Shown piece after piece: positions 12,601 through 24,565 of a stretch of 64,000 nt of DNA. The notes under the pieces are model-generated. The model was not told where the DNA came from, made no database searches, and saw only the letters and a list, made by a program, of their open reading frames with translations. Within the stretch, counting starts at the first letter, position 1; each line of letters starts with the position of its first letter. The stretch comes from Phoronis australis. Taxonomy: Eukaryota > Animalia > Phoronida. The DNA lies in contig NMRA01000047.1 in assembly GCA_002633005.1 (NCBI GenBank), forward strand, positions 707,326 to 771,325. The letters run 5' to 3'. Made by a program: the position numbers and the translations under genes.

Positions 12601-15600
12601 TGGCGCCCAACATAGAGTTCTTAATCGTTAGCTACGGAATCATCACCGGTGAGCAGCAGTTCACAGTTAAGAGTCTAAATTATGTGCAGTTTAAAATCTG
12701 TCGCAGCATTTTCTTGGGGGAAACAATCAGAGGAAACACAACACAACACTTCTGGTTCCTGTATGTCATGTTCTTGGATGTTTCTGAGAGTGACTTTTGG
12801 TTAAAAGCTACGATGAAACTAGTTCAGTTCATTCCATGAAAAGTCGAGTTCAATGGAGCAGGTGATTCACCTTAGCTTCATACGCAATACCTGTACTCAA
12901 TTCACTTCGCCGCGGTCTCCGTCGGGTCAGCTGGCTGTTAATAATTTGATTGGTTCCCGATGAGAACTAGTTTACGCTGGCACTGGCAGTTATTAACACG
13001 AAGAATGTCTGCACTTGCTCGCATAAACAATATCCAAATTACGTGGAATGGCAGTGGATCAACCGTACGTATGCTACTGCGCACGCGTATACCGGAGATG
13101 ATCCCTTCCGCCTTGCCTCAGTTTGTGTTTAGAGGTGTAGTTGATACTGGAGCAACTGCTCTACCTTTCAAACCAGTGCCAAAGATGACCGCCTTGGCGT
13201 CAGCTTGGTCAGTGTCAGTCATGTTTACGCACATACACCTGATCAACTGTTCCGTGTCAGCTGCTCCGTGTCAACTGCTTCTCGTGCAAATGTAGTTTTA
13301 ACCGGTTGACCTGGCATAATCGAAGTGAATCCAGCGCGCCGATGTTATTCTAAACTGAAAGCGCTTGTCGTTGTTGCTTCTATTCTCTATAATACGTTGT
13401 CAGCTTCCTCGTAAACCTACAGTTTTACACAGGGAACAGTTGTCACTGTGCGAGTTTTCAGGTTTTGACTTACTCCACGTTAGTCGTATTTACGGACATT
13501 AGATTCCGAACTGGATCAGCATTAGTCATTTACACAAAGACTACCCATGCTTGCATGAACAATAGAGAACGTCCAAATAACGTGGAATATAGTACAGATT
13601 CTCGTGTTTATGCGCTATTGCGCAAGCGTAACAGAGATGGTCTCTTCCGCCTTGCCCCAGTTTGTGTTTAGACGTGCCATTGAAACTGGAGCAACTTTTT
13701 TAAAGTGATATATATTTATTGAAGAATACACAGAACATACAAAGAAATAATGACAAACCCAGAAATCGCGAAGCATTATTATGCGCCCACATATTTATAT
13801 GTGGACGCATTATGCCGTCATCTCTGTCCGTCCGTCCGTCCGTCCGTCCGTCCGTCCGTCCGTCCGTCCGGGCGGCGTCCGTCCGGCGTCCGGCGTCTGG
13901 CGTCCGGCGTCCGCGGCTCTATCTCCAAAACCCTTTGACATACGTTCATGAAATTTGGCACATATGTTCCATTCATGAATGGGACNTATCTGGGTTGTAA
14001 ACAATTCATAAATGAAGCTAATATACATAGAGGTATATACAATTAAGTATTATCTAATAAAAGTATACCAATACTTAGATATGCTATTAGAAATATATAA
14101 AAACAAAAATATGTACAGATTCATGTATGGAAATTAGATGCAACAATATTGATAAACGGTACATAAAAATTTACTGACATTGCTTAGGAGGAATTCATTG
14201 AGAACAAGGTCAAGGTTAGGACTACCATTCAATAATAATGTAACTCTAGTAGGGAAATTATTACAAGAATTGAGAGCGTTAACAATTGATTGGTTTTCAT
14301 TGAGTGTACGAAAGAGTGAATCTCTCAGGTATTCGATGAGGGGACATTTGAAGAAAATATGGGGATAAGATTGATGGTCACCACATTTACAGTTTGGAGA
14401 GACATTACTAAAGTTATGCATAAACTTGTCAGAGTTGAGGAAAAGACCACATCTTGATCTGTACAATACTATTTCGTTATCGTGGGGAAGGGAGAATTGA
14501 GTCAAGGGTGTTAAGTTATCAAAATTATGAAAAACAGTTCAAAAATTATTTTTATATTCGTAAAAGAGTTGCTTTCCTTAACAGAGACTGGAGAGAATTC
14601 CAGTTGTTGATGCACATCGTGACTGTAGACCTTCTGAATGCCTGACTAAATGACGGAGGAATTGCATATGGGGTGGGGGATCTCAAATCACTACGATGGC
14701 CTTGTCTAGTGTATAGATCAAATATTTTTTGACAGAGACGTTGTTGACATTGTTTATTACTTTGAAAGTAAATGTGGTCACGTGGAGCAACTGATCGAGT
14801 GCAGCTTGCTCTACCTTCCAAACGGATGTCAAACATGGCTGCAGCGATGCCCACTTGATCCGTGTCAGTCATGATTTCACAAACACACTCACTTGCACCC
14901 GATCAGTTGTTCCGTGATAGTTGCTCAGTGACAACTGTTTCCCGTGTAAATGTGGCTTTAGTGCAGCGGTCTCGGCAAAGTACCGCACATTCACTCGGAT
15001 AACGCGAAAAAAGAACTTCGGTAACACCACCGTCACCCTACATTTTAACTTTTTACCCATTTTATGAGAGTGTCTTATTACGCTGACTAGTTTGTCTCCT
15101 TTTCTGCGGAAGCCCGCAAGTTAAAGCTGGATGTGAAGGTTGTTGCACGTTATGTAATATAACAATGGCCTCCACCCTTAACCGAAAAATTTAGCAAAAT
15201 GCGATCACGCAAGTCTTTTGATGTCGTAGATGTGTGTTATTTATCGCCAATGATGAGAAATCTCTTCTAGGGTGCGGGGCCTAGTTTTATTTGAAATCGA
15301 ACTCGAAAAAATCTTTGACATTTACCATTTTCTTGGAGTACGAACTCGAGATAATTACCTGTTATTCAGTGCTTGAGTGTACTATGGCAATCGAGAGTGT
15401 AGTTCAAATTTGCACTTGATGACCCCTAGATTCGAGCAGCAAACGCGAGTAAAATCTCGGAAACTTGTACCTTTATCACTGGGGTCATCAAGTGCAAAAT
15501 AAGACAACACAAGTACCCAAGTGTACCAAGCACAGAGTGCCGGAAACTTATCTTGCGTTCGTGCGAAAATGGAACGGAAAACGTTAAAAATAGTTTCGAG

Positions 15601-18600
15601 TTCGATATTTATAGACCGAGGTCTCAGGGGTTGCATTTGTAATTTTTGTTTTTTCCAAATAATGAAGATTCTAAGGTGTTGCGTCATGTTGCATTTTTTA
15701 TCTTTTCCTTGCAATAGTTGTTTCTAAATAGAATATGTAAACTTTGTAGTCAATTTTCAAGAACAATAAAATACATTTTGATACTGTCAATTTGACACCG
15801 CTTAATCGGTTATGGTTCGGGTTTATTTAAAACTTAACTGTGCCTGCTTCATATTTCTACAAAATAAAAACGCCTCCAGAGGAAATCACCTGGTCTTTCA
15901 GACTTTGTTACAGTTATCTTAAGTAGACCGTTTCCTTATTTTCTACAAAGCAAATTTCCTGGTAACTTCTAAATTATCCTCCCGATTTTTCAACGGCAAC
16001 GGCATTTTTCAAAATTATGTGCTCGGTGTTTTTTTTTTCTTTTATTGCTTAATGCCGTTACTTTATTATATATTGCTGAAATGCACTCACTAGAAGTAAA
16101 CGATAAGACTGCTCGTCTTGGCTTTATTAGGATTACTGACTTCGCCCTGGAATAAGTCAAGTTAATAGTGGCGAATCTCCACTTCGACAAGAGCAGACAA
16201 TGAACTCCATTCGGTCAATCGTTTTGTTGTGTATAATTAGACACGTTTTAATTCCCAGAAAAGCCATTACCAAGGGTCTGTTTCATAAAAAGCGACTTTT
16301 AATAGGACTTTAGTCAGAAATTTGATCTTGTAAGATATGTGTTAATTCATTAGGTTCCTGGTAAGGAAAAATATTAAAAATCAAGTTAACGAGATGGTAT
16401 AAGAACAAATAATATGTACAATTAAAACGTTAACTAGAACTTAGAGACAAATGAGTAAAAGATCACACGTATCCAAATCATCAAATATTACTCAGGTACG
16501 TGGACTTGAAAGTAAAGTGTTAATAAAATTTCTTTGACTGACGTCAATGTCGAGTTTGTTCCATAGGGCACCAGAGTAGAAAAATTGTGTTTACCAAAAT
16601 TAGTTCCGATTTTAAGAATATATATGTTGCCACTGTCACTAAGTCTTGTGTTTTTGTTATGAACCTGGTTTTCTAATTTTATTTTGTGACGAAGATAGCT
16701 CGGGCGCCATGAACACACTTGGACACACAAGATAATCTCTACGGGCGTCCATTAACAGCCAACCTAAAGTGAAGTGCACTTTTGTATATTTATTTGCCTG
16801 CAAAATAGACCTTGCAGCCCTATTTTGCAATTTTTGTAAACTGGATCTGGACGATTATTACAAGATGCCCATACACATGGACGGCGCACCATAGGGGGCT
16901 GGGGGGCTATAACCCCCACTTTTTTCAGTGCTGCACCGTCCATGGTCTATGGGCGGTGCACCACAAGGGGGGGGGGGCTGACAGGCTACAGCCCCACACT
17001 TTTTCAGTGCTGCTCCGCCCATGATATACAACATCACAATATTGGGAACGTGGAAAAACTAAGGCTTTGTACAATAGATTTAAAGAGTTTAGATCCAAAA
17101 GCTTTCTCGATCTTTTAAGGAGTCCAATTTTCTGAGACACGAAATAGGCATGTAATTACCACAGTTCGCTCACCCTTTAAAGAACGGAGACATTTAAACT
17201 TGCACTAAGTAATGATAGATTGAAAGTAAAAGCCAAAGGCTTAGCAATTTGAGGTGTCGCAAACCTGGGGAGCCTGCTCTTATCAACAGCTTTCCCAGAA
17301 GAGATTTCCTTAAGAAGTTTCAGGACAAAATGAGCTGAACAATAAACCTGAAGATGGCGCAGTCTCCAGGTTTATTGATATTTCATCACGTTCTGTCCTG
17401 AAATTTCATCAGAAAATTCCTTGTAGGAAAGCCGTTGGTGTTATGCTCCACACAACTATTTCTGAAAATAATTAAATCTCGCATGAGCTTAAGTGCAGTC
17501 TCTACGAACACCTAGATACTATCATTTAGTTTTAGACTTTGATGCGTTCAGAATAACTTGGCAATTTTGAAGTGGGAGCCAAAGACCTAATTTCTGTCTT
17601 AAATGTTCAAACTTTTCATGGAACAGACCGTGGTACTCATAATGAAGAATATTTTGTGTACATTTTGAGGCACCATGTGAAACGAATGCCCGGTTCTGAC
17701 ACTGGTGGATTTACTTTATTTTCAACACACTGTAACCGTAAAATGACATTCAAATATCATGCATTGTCAAAACTGGCATTCTGCTCTAAACATTCATTGG
17801 CTGAAGATTATTCACTAATTTCCCTGTTGTCGCTATTATAATAGCGAGCGGTGGGTAAATTTGTGCTATGTTTTGTTTTCTCCACAGACCTTTAGTAACT
17901 CCAGCCCAACTACCTATCAGTTCCCCCAAAATTATGAGGACATAATGAGATTTTTCTGGTAGATATGTGCGAGTAGTATTTTAATTTAGCATAATGAAAG
18001 ATAACTGTTGTTGCTGTGTTTGCTGAATAGCTTCGTTCATTATGGTCACGCTTGGCTTAATGTGAACCAGCTATTGAACTATCTTTCTTTGTTGTAGGAC
18101 TTGGATATGGCATCCTTTACGTACCAATCAGTGTTGCTGTTGCGTCTTACTTCACGTCGAAGCGCAACATCGCCATGGGACTGGCAGCGGCTGGAGGTGG
18201 ATGTGGTAGTTTGATTTTCCCGCCAATTCTACGTGCTTTGGTGAATTTTTACGATTGGAACGGGTGTCTCCTAATATGTGGTGGCTTGTCGTTAAACGTG
18301 TGCGCGTGCGGACTTCTTTTTCGACCACTTTCGCAACAGAAAGAACAGCCCAAGGCGGACAAAAATAAAGAAATAGAAGAGGCACGTGAAACTGTAAGGC
18401 AGAGGACCCACAAGATGTTTCTTAATATATTTCGAATGTTCCGTTATCCTAGCTATTTGATTTTGTGGTTAAACAACCTATTGTATATTTTCGGCGTTTC
18501 CGTCGTATACGTCCATCTTGCCACTCTAGCTAAAGTAAACGCCGGTCTGTCTGAGGACACTGCCGCCATGCTGTATTCTGTTCTGGGAGTGTCTCTGGTG

Positions 18601-21600
18601 GTTGCTAAGCTTATCCAAGGCTTCCTTGCTCACAAGATAAATGAATACGTTCTCTACTGCATCTCTTTCACTGTCGGCGGTGTTGCAACTTTACTTGTGC
18701 CTCTGATGACGTCTTTTGCCGCTATGGTTGCATACTGCCTCGTTTTCGGTGTTGGAGTCGCTGCCCATGGAGGAGCTCTCATTCCGGGCATGTTGGTTCG
18801 CATGATGGGATTGGAAAAACTGTCGTTGGCGTACGGAGCGTTGTTTATTCCTGCTGGGATTGGTCAGATGTTCGGAGGACCAGTGGCTGGTGAGTTTGTT
18901 TTTAATGCATTACGAATGAGGTTTATAATACACGCCGTGATCGTCTGGACACGTAACCCGTCTTTAAATAATTATTTACAGACACATTCTACCCTTGGAA
19001 CACAAGGTTGCCCAGACAGATTTTATTAATTTGGGATTGCGAGTTCTTATTCAGGAAACCTAAATAGGACAGAGGATTATTATGCTATAAACCTGGTATA
19101 CTTTGAAACAACTGTGAATTAGCACATTCCAAATTTCTTTGAAGCCGTCGTTTGAAAAAACTGCAAGAAGAGCTAGCACACGTGAGTAGTATTGGTTTGA
19201 CATACATCATTAACCTTTTTCGTTGAATTTATTGAGGTCTGACTTCCTAACATCTGTGCTGCGTGGAACTGCTTCTCGGCACTTCCATAAGTCGGTTCTT
19301 TCTGATTTCCATTTGCTGCCAAGTTCACATGATCACTTTGCAAGACCACTTCCCTTACGCATCTTAAGTATTCTTGCGATTATGTCTTTCAAATTCCCGG
19401 GGTTGAGCACTGGTATGAGTTTGAATGTTTGAAGTAGCGATTAGCGCACTTGAATTAAATGGTTGCCTTCAAAGAATAAGTGCTTGACATCTGAAATCCG
19501 CGTTATAGATGATGCATTTCGCCTTGTTTGGCTACCTAAAAAAGGAAAGTCGAATTAGACCTTTCACTGTCATAAAATGAGTTTGTAATATACCTTTCCG
19601 TGATGGATTCCATTTTCGTTGCTGAAATCACCAAGACTCAAGAAAACGCTTACGAGCTCATCGGGGTTGCCCAACTTTAAAATTTGCGGATTCGTAAATG
19701 GCGCTTGTGCCCTTTGCCTGTGACTTGAGTTGCCGGCTCATTCGGCAATACTCAAGTTCAGGATCGATTGAGCATGGTAGTGTTTTTAAAGCCCAGAAAG
19801 TTTCGGTTAAGAATTCAACGTTTCCTAGTAAAACCATATTCTAGTTCTCACATTTTGTAATATGCTTTCGAGTACATTTTTGGGGTCCTGTGTATACGTC
19901 GCTATGCTCAATTGAAAGCTTGTTGCTGCGTTGTGTAACATGTCAGATTTTTCCCAATCAGGGTAATGGTTGTTTTCCAGGGCGTGGCCACTACAGGCTT
20001 GCGAGACTACCCGGCAATCCATGTTTGCGCGAGACACATTATTGTCGTCTTCTTCTATTCTAGGCTGGTTGTTCGAGTCCACAAAGTCGTACGATGTGCC
20101 TTTTTACACTGCCGGCTCAGTAATGGTTTTCGCGGGCTTGATCATGATGATTCCTTGGAAATGTTTTCAAGACCACGTGGATGAATCCGAACCGGAGGAG
20201 GTGTCCAACCTAAAGAACATGTCCAGTCTTATGGACATTCGTGACTTAGGTAGTCTTCTGAGCGTCAACGGGGTGCAGTCCACTACTGGTCTCGCCGGCG
20301 TCACGAAGAAGAATTGCCTCGTCACCAACGGCGATATGCCTGACGGAGAATTCAGGTTGGTCATTACATGCTTTTGTTGGTGTTTTTATGTGCCCACATA
20401 TTTATATGTGGGTGCATATTGCGTCATCTCTGTCTGGGCGTCCGGCGACTGCGGCTGTATCTCCTTAACCCCTTGCAAGATTTCATTAAAATTTGACAGG
20501 TGTGTTCCTACGTGGCTGACGACAGATGACAACGAGTTTCGGACCGACCCGAATCCGAATACCGCTGTGCCACCTTGTAGCAATTTTAGTTTTGACGTTT
20601 GCCTCTGTTTCTTCGGAATTCCTTGACGGATGCCATTCCATTTTGGACGGATTCGGTGATTTTTACGCCATTTGTGGGTATCTTTGTTATTTTTGCGTCT
20701 GTTTTCGGGCGTCGGTCTCTCTATCTGCCATACCGCTCAAAAGATAAAATCATGAAAATTTACAGATATGTTGCTGATGAGAAAGCCACGACTGACGTTG
20801 ACTTTCAGACGGGTCCGACTATTGTGTCGACCCCTGGTGGTGATTTTGTTGTGTTTTTTGCGTCTGCGGCCGAATCTCCTTAAACTTTTGAAAGAGCTTT
20901 GTGAAATTTGAAAGATGTATTCCTATGGAGCCGTCGACAAGCGGTAACTAGTGTCGAACTGATTCGGATACCACTGTGTCTCCCCGTGGCAAAATGTTTT
21001 TTGCGTTTGCCTCTTTATCTTCGAATTTCAGTAATTTATTTTCATTAAATTCGGCAAATAAGTTTCTATTAAGGAGACAACAACGCCTTCCATTTTCGGA
21101 TAGATTTGATGTTTTCTGCGCCACCTGGTGGCCATTTAAATTTTTGGCGTACGTTTTTGACGTCTGTCTATCTATCTGCCAAACCACTCAAAGTACGATT
21201 ATGAAAATTGACGGTTGTGTTTCTGATGCGAAGACCCTGGCTGTTGTTAATTTTGGATGTTTTGGAATATTCTGCGGCCACTTAGGGATAATTTTGCTTT
21301 TTTGCATCTACGGCTGCATCTCCTTAACCCTTTGAAGGATGTTTACGAAATTTGGCAGATGGGCTTCTATAGAGATGGCAACATAAAACGAGGAGTTTCA
21401 GACCAATTGGACTATAGCTGTGCCCCCTTGTGCCAATCGTTTTTATGCTCCCACATATTTATATGTGGTCGCATATTGCAATCATCTCTGTCTGTCGGGG
21501 CGTCCCGCGTCCGCAGCTGCATCTCCTAAACCCCTCACAGGATCTTGATGAGATTCGGCAATTGTGTTCCTATGAAGCTGACAACGAATGACGACAAATT

Positions 21601-24565
21601 TCGAACCTCCCCGGCTACCGGTGTGCCCCCTAGTGGCAATTTTAATTTTTTATGCTTGCCACTGTATCTTGGGAAGCCCTCAACGTATTTTCATGAAATT
21701 TGAAATATAGGCGTCTATTAGATGAAACTATCCTCTCGTTTTCGGATGGATTCAACATAGTGTGCGCCACCTAGTGGCCATTTTTACTGTTTTCGAGTTT
21801 TTTGGCGTTCACTTTTCTATCAACCAAACCGCTCTTAGGATGATTGTGGAAATTGGCATGTATGTTCTTACCATGAAGAGGATGCCTGACGATGGTTTTC
21901 CGATGGCTTCTGTGGCGCCTCCTAGTGGCAGTTTTGTTTTTGCGCCCCATGGCTGTATCTCCTAGATATTTTGCAGAATCTTTACTAAATTTAGCAAGTG
22001 TATTTATATGATTTTGACAACGAACGACGACGACTTTCGCACGGATCTGACCACCAGTGTCCCCCCTAGTGGCAACTTTAGTTTTTTATGTTTACATCTG
22101 TATATTAAAAGGTCCTCAAGGGAGTTTCATAAAATTTGGAATATAGGCATGTATTGTTGCGGTTACGCTATCCTCTCATTTTTGTATGAATTCGAGTCTG
22201 TTTTTTGGCGTCCACCCCTCTATCAACCAAACCATTCTAAAGATGAAAGATGATTTTTAGAATTGGCGTGTACTCAATGTGAAGAAGACAGTTACGCTGA
22301 CAACTTCGGTTACTGTGGCACCTCCTAGTGGTGGTTTTGTTTTGTTTTGTGGCGATTGCTGTATCTCCTAACACCACTGCAGGCGGACGCTGTGTCCCCT
22401 AGTGGCCATTTCATTTTCTTCGCTCTCCTTTGTTTCTCTGAAGTTCCTCGACAGATTTTTATGAAATTTGGTGAATAGCGTACTATTAAAGAAGCGATGG
22501 CATGGGCCGTTTTCAGATGGATTGGACGTGTTGCGCCATCTAGTGGCCGTTTTTATGACAGAAATGAACAACTCTAGAAGAATCGTTTGCCATGCATTCG
22601 TGGGCGCATTTCAACGTTCTGTGTTGCTCTTGTTTACGTTTGCCTCTATATCTTAAGTTCCTTGGCTTATTTTAATGTAATTTGGCAAATAGTTTTGTTT
22701 TACAGAGACAATGTCACATTTAATTTCAATTGGGATGGGTTTGACGCATTTTGCGCCATCTAATTTCCATTTTTATGATACTAAAAACACCCATGGAAGC
22801 ACACCGTTTGCGGTGCTATCGTGGGTGCATTACAACGCTCCCTGTTGGTCTTGTTTGTTTTTGTAGATATACTTTCCTCTCATATGTTTAGTTTAAATTA
22901 GGATATCTTTGTTCAGTTTTCAGTCGTTTTATCCACAGTTTAGATGATGCTGTGGTATTTGCAGTGCTTATAATTGACTGGTCGCTTTAATTTATTTTGT
23001 TATTGATAATAAATCAAAAATTGGCGTAACATACGCTTAGCAGCGACATTCCTTTTAAAGTATACCATCTGACAAAACAGAGGCACATTCAGATATGTAA
23101 CTTTCTTGGATTTAAACACCAAAACAAATAACGCAAGTATTCGCTTCGTAAATAAGCCTCCTTTCGATATGCTTCAAAACAACCAAGTGTTTGTCGTGTA
23201 GAAAGGAACTCCATATACCTACAAGTAAGCTGGAAAATCAGCGATACTTTTCAGACATCGAAGAATGTCATTATGTCATTAAGAAATCGAGTGGGAATTT
23301 GTTAGCCTGGCTGCTCACAGAAGTCGGCTCGGCTTAGTGGCTTTACCAGAACAGGGCAATATTTGGGCTGTTTACTGGACTCCTTGGTTGGAACAGGCCA
23401 AACTTTCAGAGTGAAAAGGCGATTATATGTCACGGAACACTATTGACTTTCAATGAATTCTTTTTGCAACAGGCTTCGATATTTTTCATTTTTTCATTTT
23501 CTTTACGTCATTTTGACCTCTTGTCATTTGTTCAATGATGGATATGTGTCATTACCATAATTCTAAATAAGGGTATCTGAACGAGATCTCTTAATTCTAT
23601 TTAGAACGATTGCGTAATCTCATTGTTTGCAGTGACCTTGCTACTAGACAAACGCGTTCAAGTTTAGGCTTAGAATTCATCATCTGTGCAGTTTATATTC
23701 CACATGAAGGGTTCGGATATCAGCGACAATTTTATTTAAATGATTCATTTGCTAATGCTAACGTATTACTTCTGGGGTATTTCCATGACCGTGCTGGTAC
23801 TTTAGATGATTTCATGGCATATCAATCAATTTTACCTGAAGATAACTTTTTGGTGATATTAACTGTTCTAATGAGGCAGAGTTCCTAAAACTGTTTGATG
23901 TAATGCAGATGGCATTATTGATAACGATGGCAAGAAACTAAGCATTTGCCAGATTTCCAGTGCTTTGATTGTTAATTACAGACTTGGTAAAGATGTTGGT
24001 GTCGATAACTCCACTTGCGATCACCCCAATGTTAAAAGTGTCATTGATTATCCTATCATCGATTATTGTTTATTCGACAACGTATGTAATTTCGTTATTG
24101 ACACGGTTTACAAATGCGTGTCCCTGCACATTCTAGATGGATGAGCACCTAATTGGGGTCGCATACCACGAACAAGTTCACAACAGTTAAATGAAATCAG
24201 CAGACAATGAAGACCCACGGAAGCTCCACCTAACTTTAAACAATTGTCCACACAAAACACCTGATGGAACGGCTTACTGTCATCAGAACATGTTCACCAG
24301 ACATCGTTTGTCTTATTTAAAGAAATTGACGAGTCATGTCGGTGACGAAATAACATAATAGCCCTAATCTCATCACTCATTAAACGTGATGCATATATGA
24401 ACCAATTCTGTATTCACTCTGATATGAGTTATTACTCTGTGGTAGCGTATATAATTCAGTGTTCGCGCATTTTGGTCTACCTAGAATAAAACGTCTCACA
24501 AAGTATCCTAAGCTACAGTTTCTCATCGATCTTTTTTCAGTGACGTCGCCGTAACAAGTGGTTAG
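6438..24565 (+). CDS. SLC16/monocarboxylate transporter family MFS protein (MCT12/14-like), ~490 aa, 5 coding exons
   Basis: Exons 6438-6663, 12505-12648, 18098-18889, 20064-20355 and a tentative last exon 24541-24565; phases 1,1,1,2 are consistent. MCT signatures PPNGGFGWMVV, TAWISS, YFTSKRNIAMGLAAAGGGCG, GGPVAGWLFE-YDVPFY. Confidence 0.88.
6924..6956. repeat. (TATTG)n microsatellite
   Basis: Direct reading. Confidence 0.9.
7761..7917. mobile_element. ~150-bp MITE (TIR CGTTCAGTA(G)ACGCTAGGACCT), copy 1
   Basis: Near-identical copy at 9901-10045 and a degraded copy at ~8950-9050; the ends are inverted repeats. Confidence 0.85.
7975..8641. mobile_element. Non-autonomous DNA element with GG(A/T)GGCACTGAACAGTT TIRs; inverted partial sibling at 7484-7760
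   Basis: GGAGGCACTGAACAGTT at 7976, AACTGTTCAGTGCCACC at ~8625; 8354-8641 is a diverged reverse complement of 7484-7762. Confidence 0.7.
9099..9171. repeat. Near-perfect 73-nt palindrome (36-bp arms, 1-nt centre)
   Basis: CCAAGTGTAACTTTTATTGAGTTATTTACTAAGGAC-c-GTCCTTGGTAAATAACTCAATAAAAGTTACACTTGG; one T:G mismatch. Confidence 0.95.
9901..10045. mobile_element. ~145-bp MITE, copy 2 of the 7761 family
   Basis: Sequence identity to 7761-7917. Confidence 0.85.
12505..12648 (+). CDS. SLC16-like coding exon 2
   Basis: CAG|GT CCA GTG; PVSGVLTDILGPRPVV...SYGIIT; donor G|GTGAG. Confidence 0.9.
13778..13985 (+). mobile_element. HINE/DINE-1-like (Helentron-associated) element, 5' end with (GTCC)n, truncated at a contig join
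   Basis: 5' hairpin ATGCGCCCACATAT-tt-ATATGTGGACGCAT (13781-13810), perfect (GTCC)n at 13826-13870, then the start of the internal repeat; N at 13986. Confidence 0.75.
14040..14770 (-). mobile_element. LINE (CR1/L2-like) 3' fragment
   Basis: Minus-strand peptides HRSDLR..., INNWNSL, SPNCKCGDHQSYPHIFFKCP (C-terminal Cys/His region) followed by an AT-rich tail. Confidence 0.7.
15276..15480. mobile_element. GGGCC-ended MITE family (Harbinger-like), also at ~39820-40066 and ~62000-62152
   Basis: Shared block GTACTC(G/A)A...CTTATCTTGAGTT...AATGCCAAA...TTCCATTTC(G/A)AGT in three places, here in reverse orientation. Confidence 0.55.
16450..17400 (-). mobile_element. Decayed CR1/L2-type LINE ORF2 fragment interrupted by two tandem micro-MITEs (16877-17023)
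   Basis: KIGLLKRSRKLLDLNSLNLLYKALVFPRSQYCDVV, LQNRAARSIL, LGWL, NTRLSDSGNIY; the insert is two ~70-bp units bounded by CATGG(A/G)CGG...CCG(T/C)CCATG. Confidence 0.75.
18098..18889 (+). CDS. SLC16-like coding exon 3
   Basis: TAG|GA CTT GGA TAT; GLGYGILYVP...FGGPVA; donor G|GTGAGT. Confidence 0.92.
20064..20355 (+). CDS. SLC16-like coding exon 4
   Basis: TAG|GC TGG; GWLFESTKSYDVPFYTAG...GEF; donor AG|GTTGGT. Confidence 0.82.
20385..22856 (+). mobile_element. HINE/DINE-1-like element (outer copy) with internal diverged tandem repeats bearing CTCF-type motifs
   Basis: 5' hairpin 20388-20417; 3' subterminal IR GTGGGTGCAT (22821) plus small hairpin CAACG...TGTTG and CTTGTT end; T-rich flanks; ~140-160-bp diverged units. 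Confidence 0.8.
21442..22635 (+). mobile_element. HINE/DINE-1-like element nested inside the 20385-22856 copy
   Basis: Own 5' hairpin 21445-21474 and 3' end GTGGGCGCATTTCAACGTTCTGTGTTGCTCTTGTT (22600-22634); the interrupted host unit resumes on the far side (...CAATCGTTTT | ACGTTTGCCTC...). Confidence 0.8.
23600..24130 (+). mobile_element. Decayed LINE apurinic-endonuclease fragment
   Basis: ICAVYIPHEG, VLLLGYFHDRAG (GDFNAR-like) and SVIDY motifs with frameshifts. Confidence 0.6.
24541..24565 (+). CDS. Tentative terminal coding exon of the SLC16-like gene
   Basis: Strong acceptor CTTTTTTCAG, phase 2 fits, gives (S)DVAVTSG*; no homology support. Confidence 0.35.

Noticed and set aside
13719-14042. 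ORFs with SVRP/TDGR repeats
   Set aside because: Translations of the (GTCC)n microsatellite in the HINE-like element
20356-20626. Read-through extension of SLC16 exon 4 in the 218-aa ORF
   Set aside because: Runs past a donor site into the HINE-like element; treated as intron
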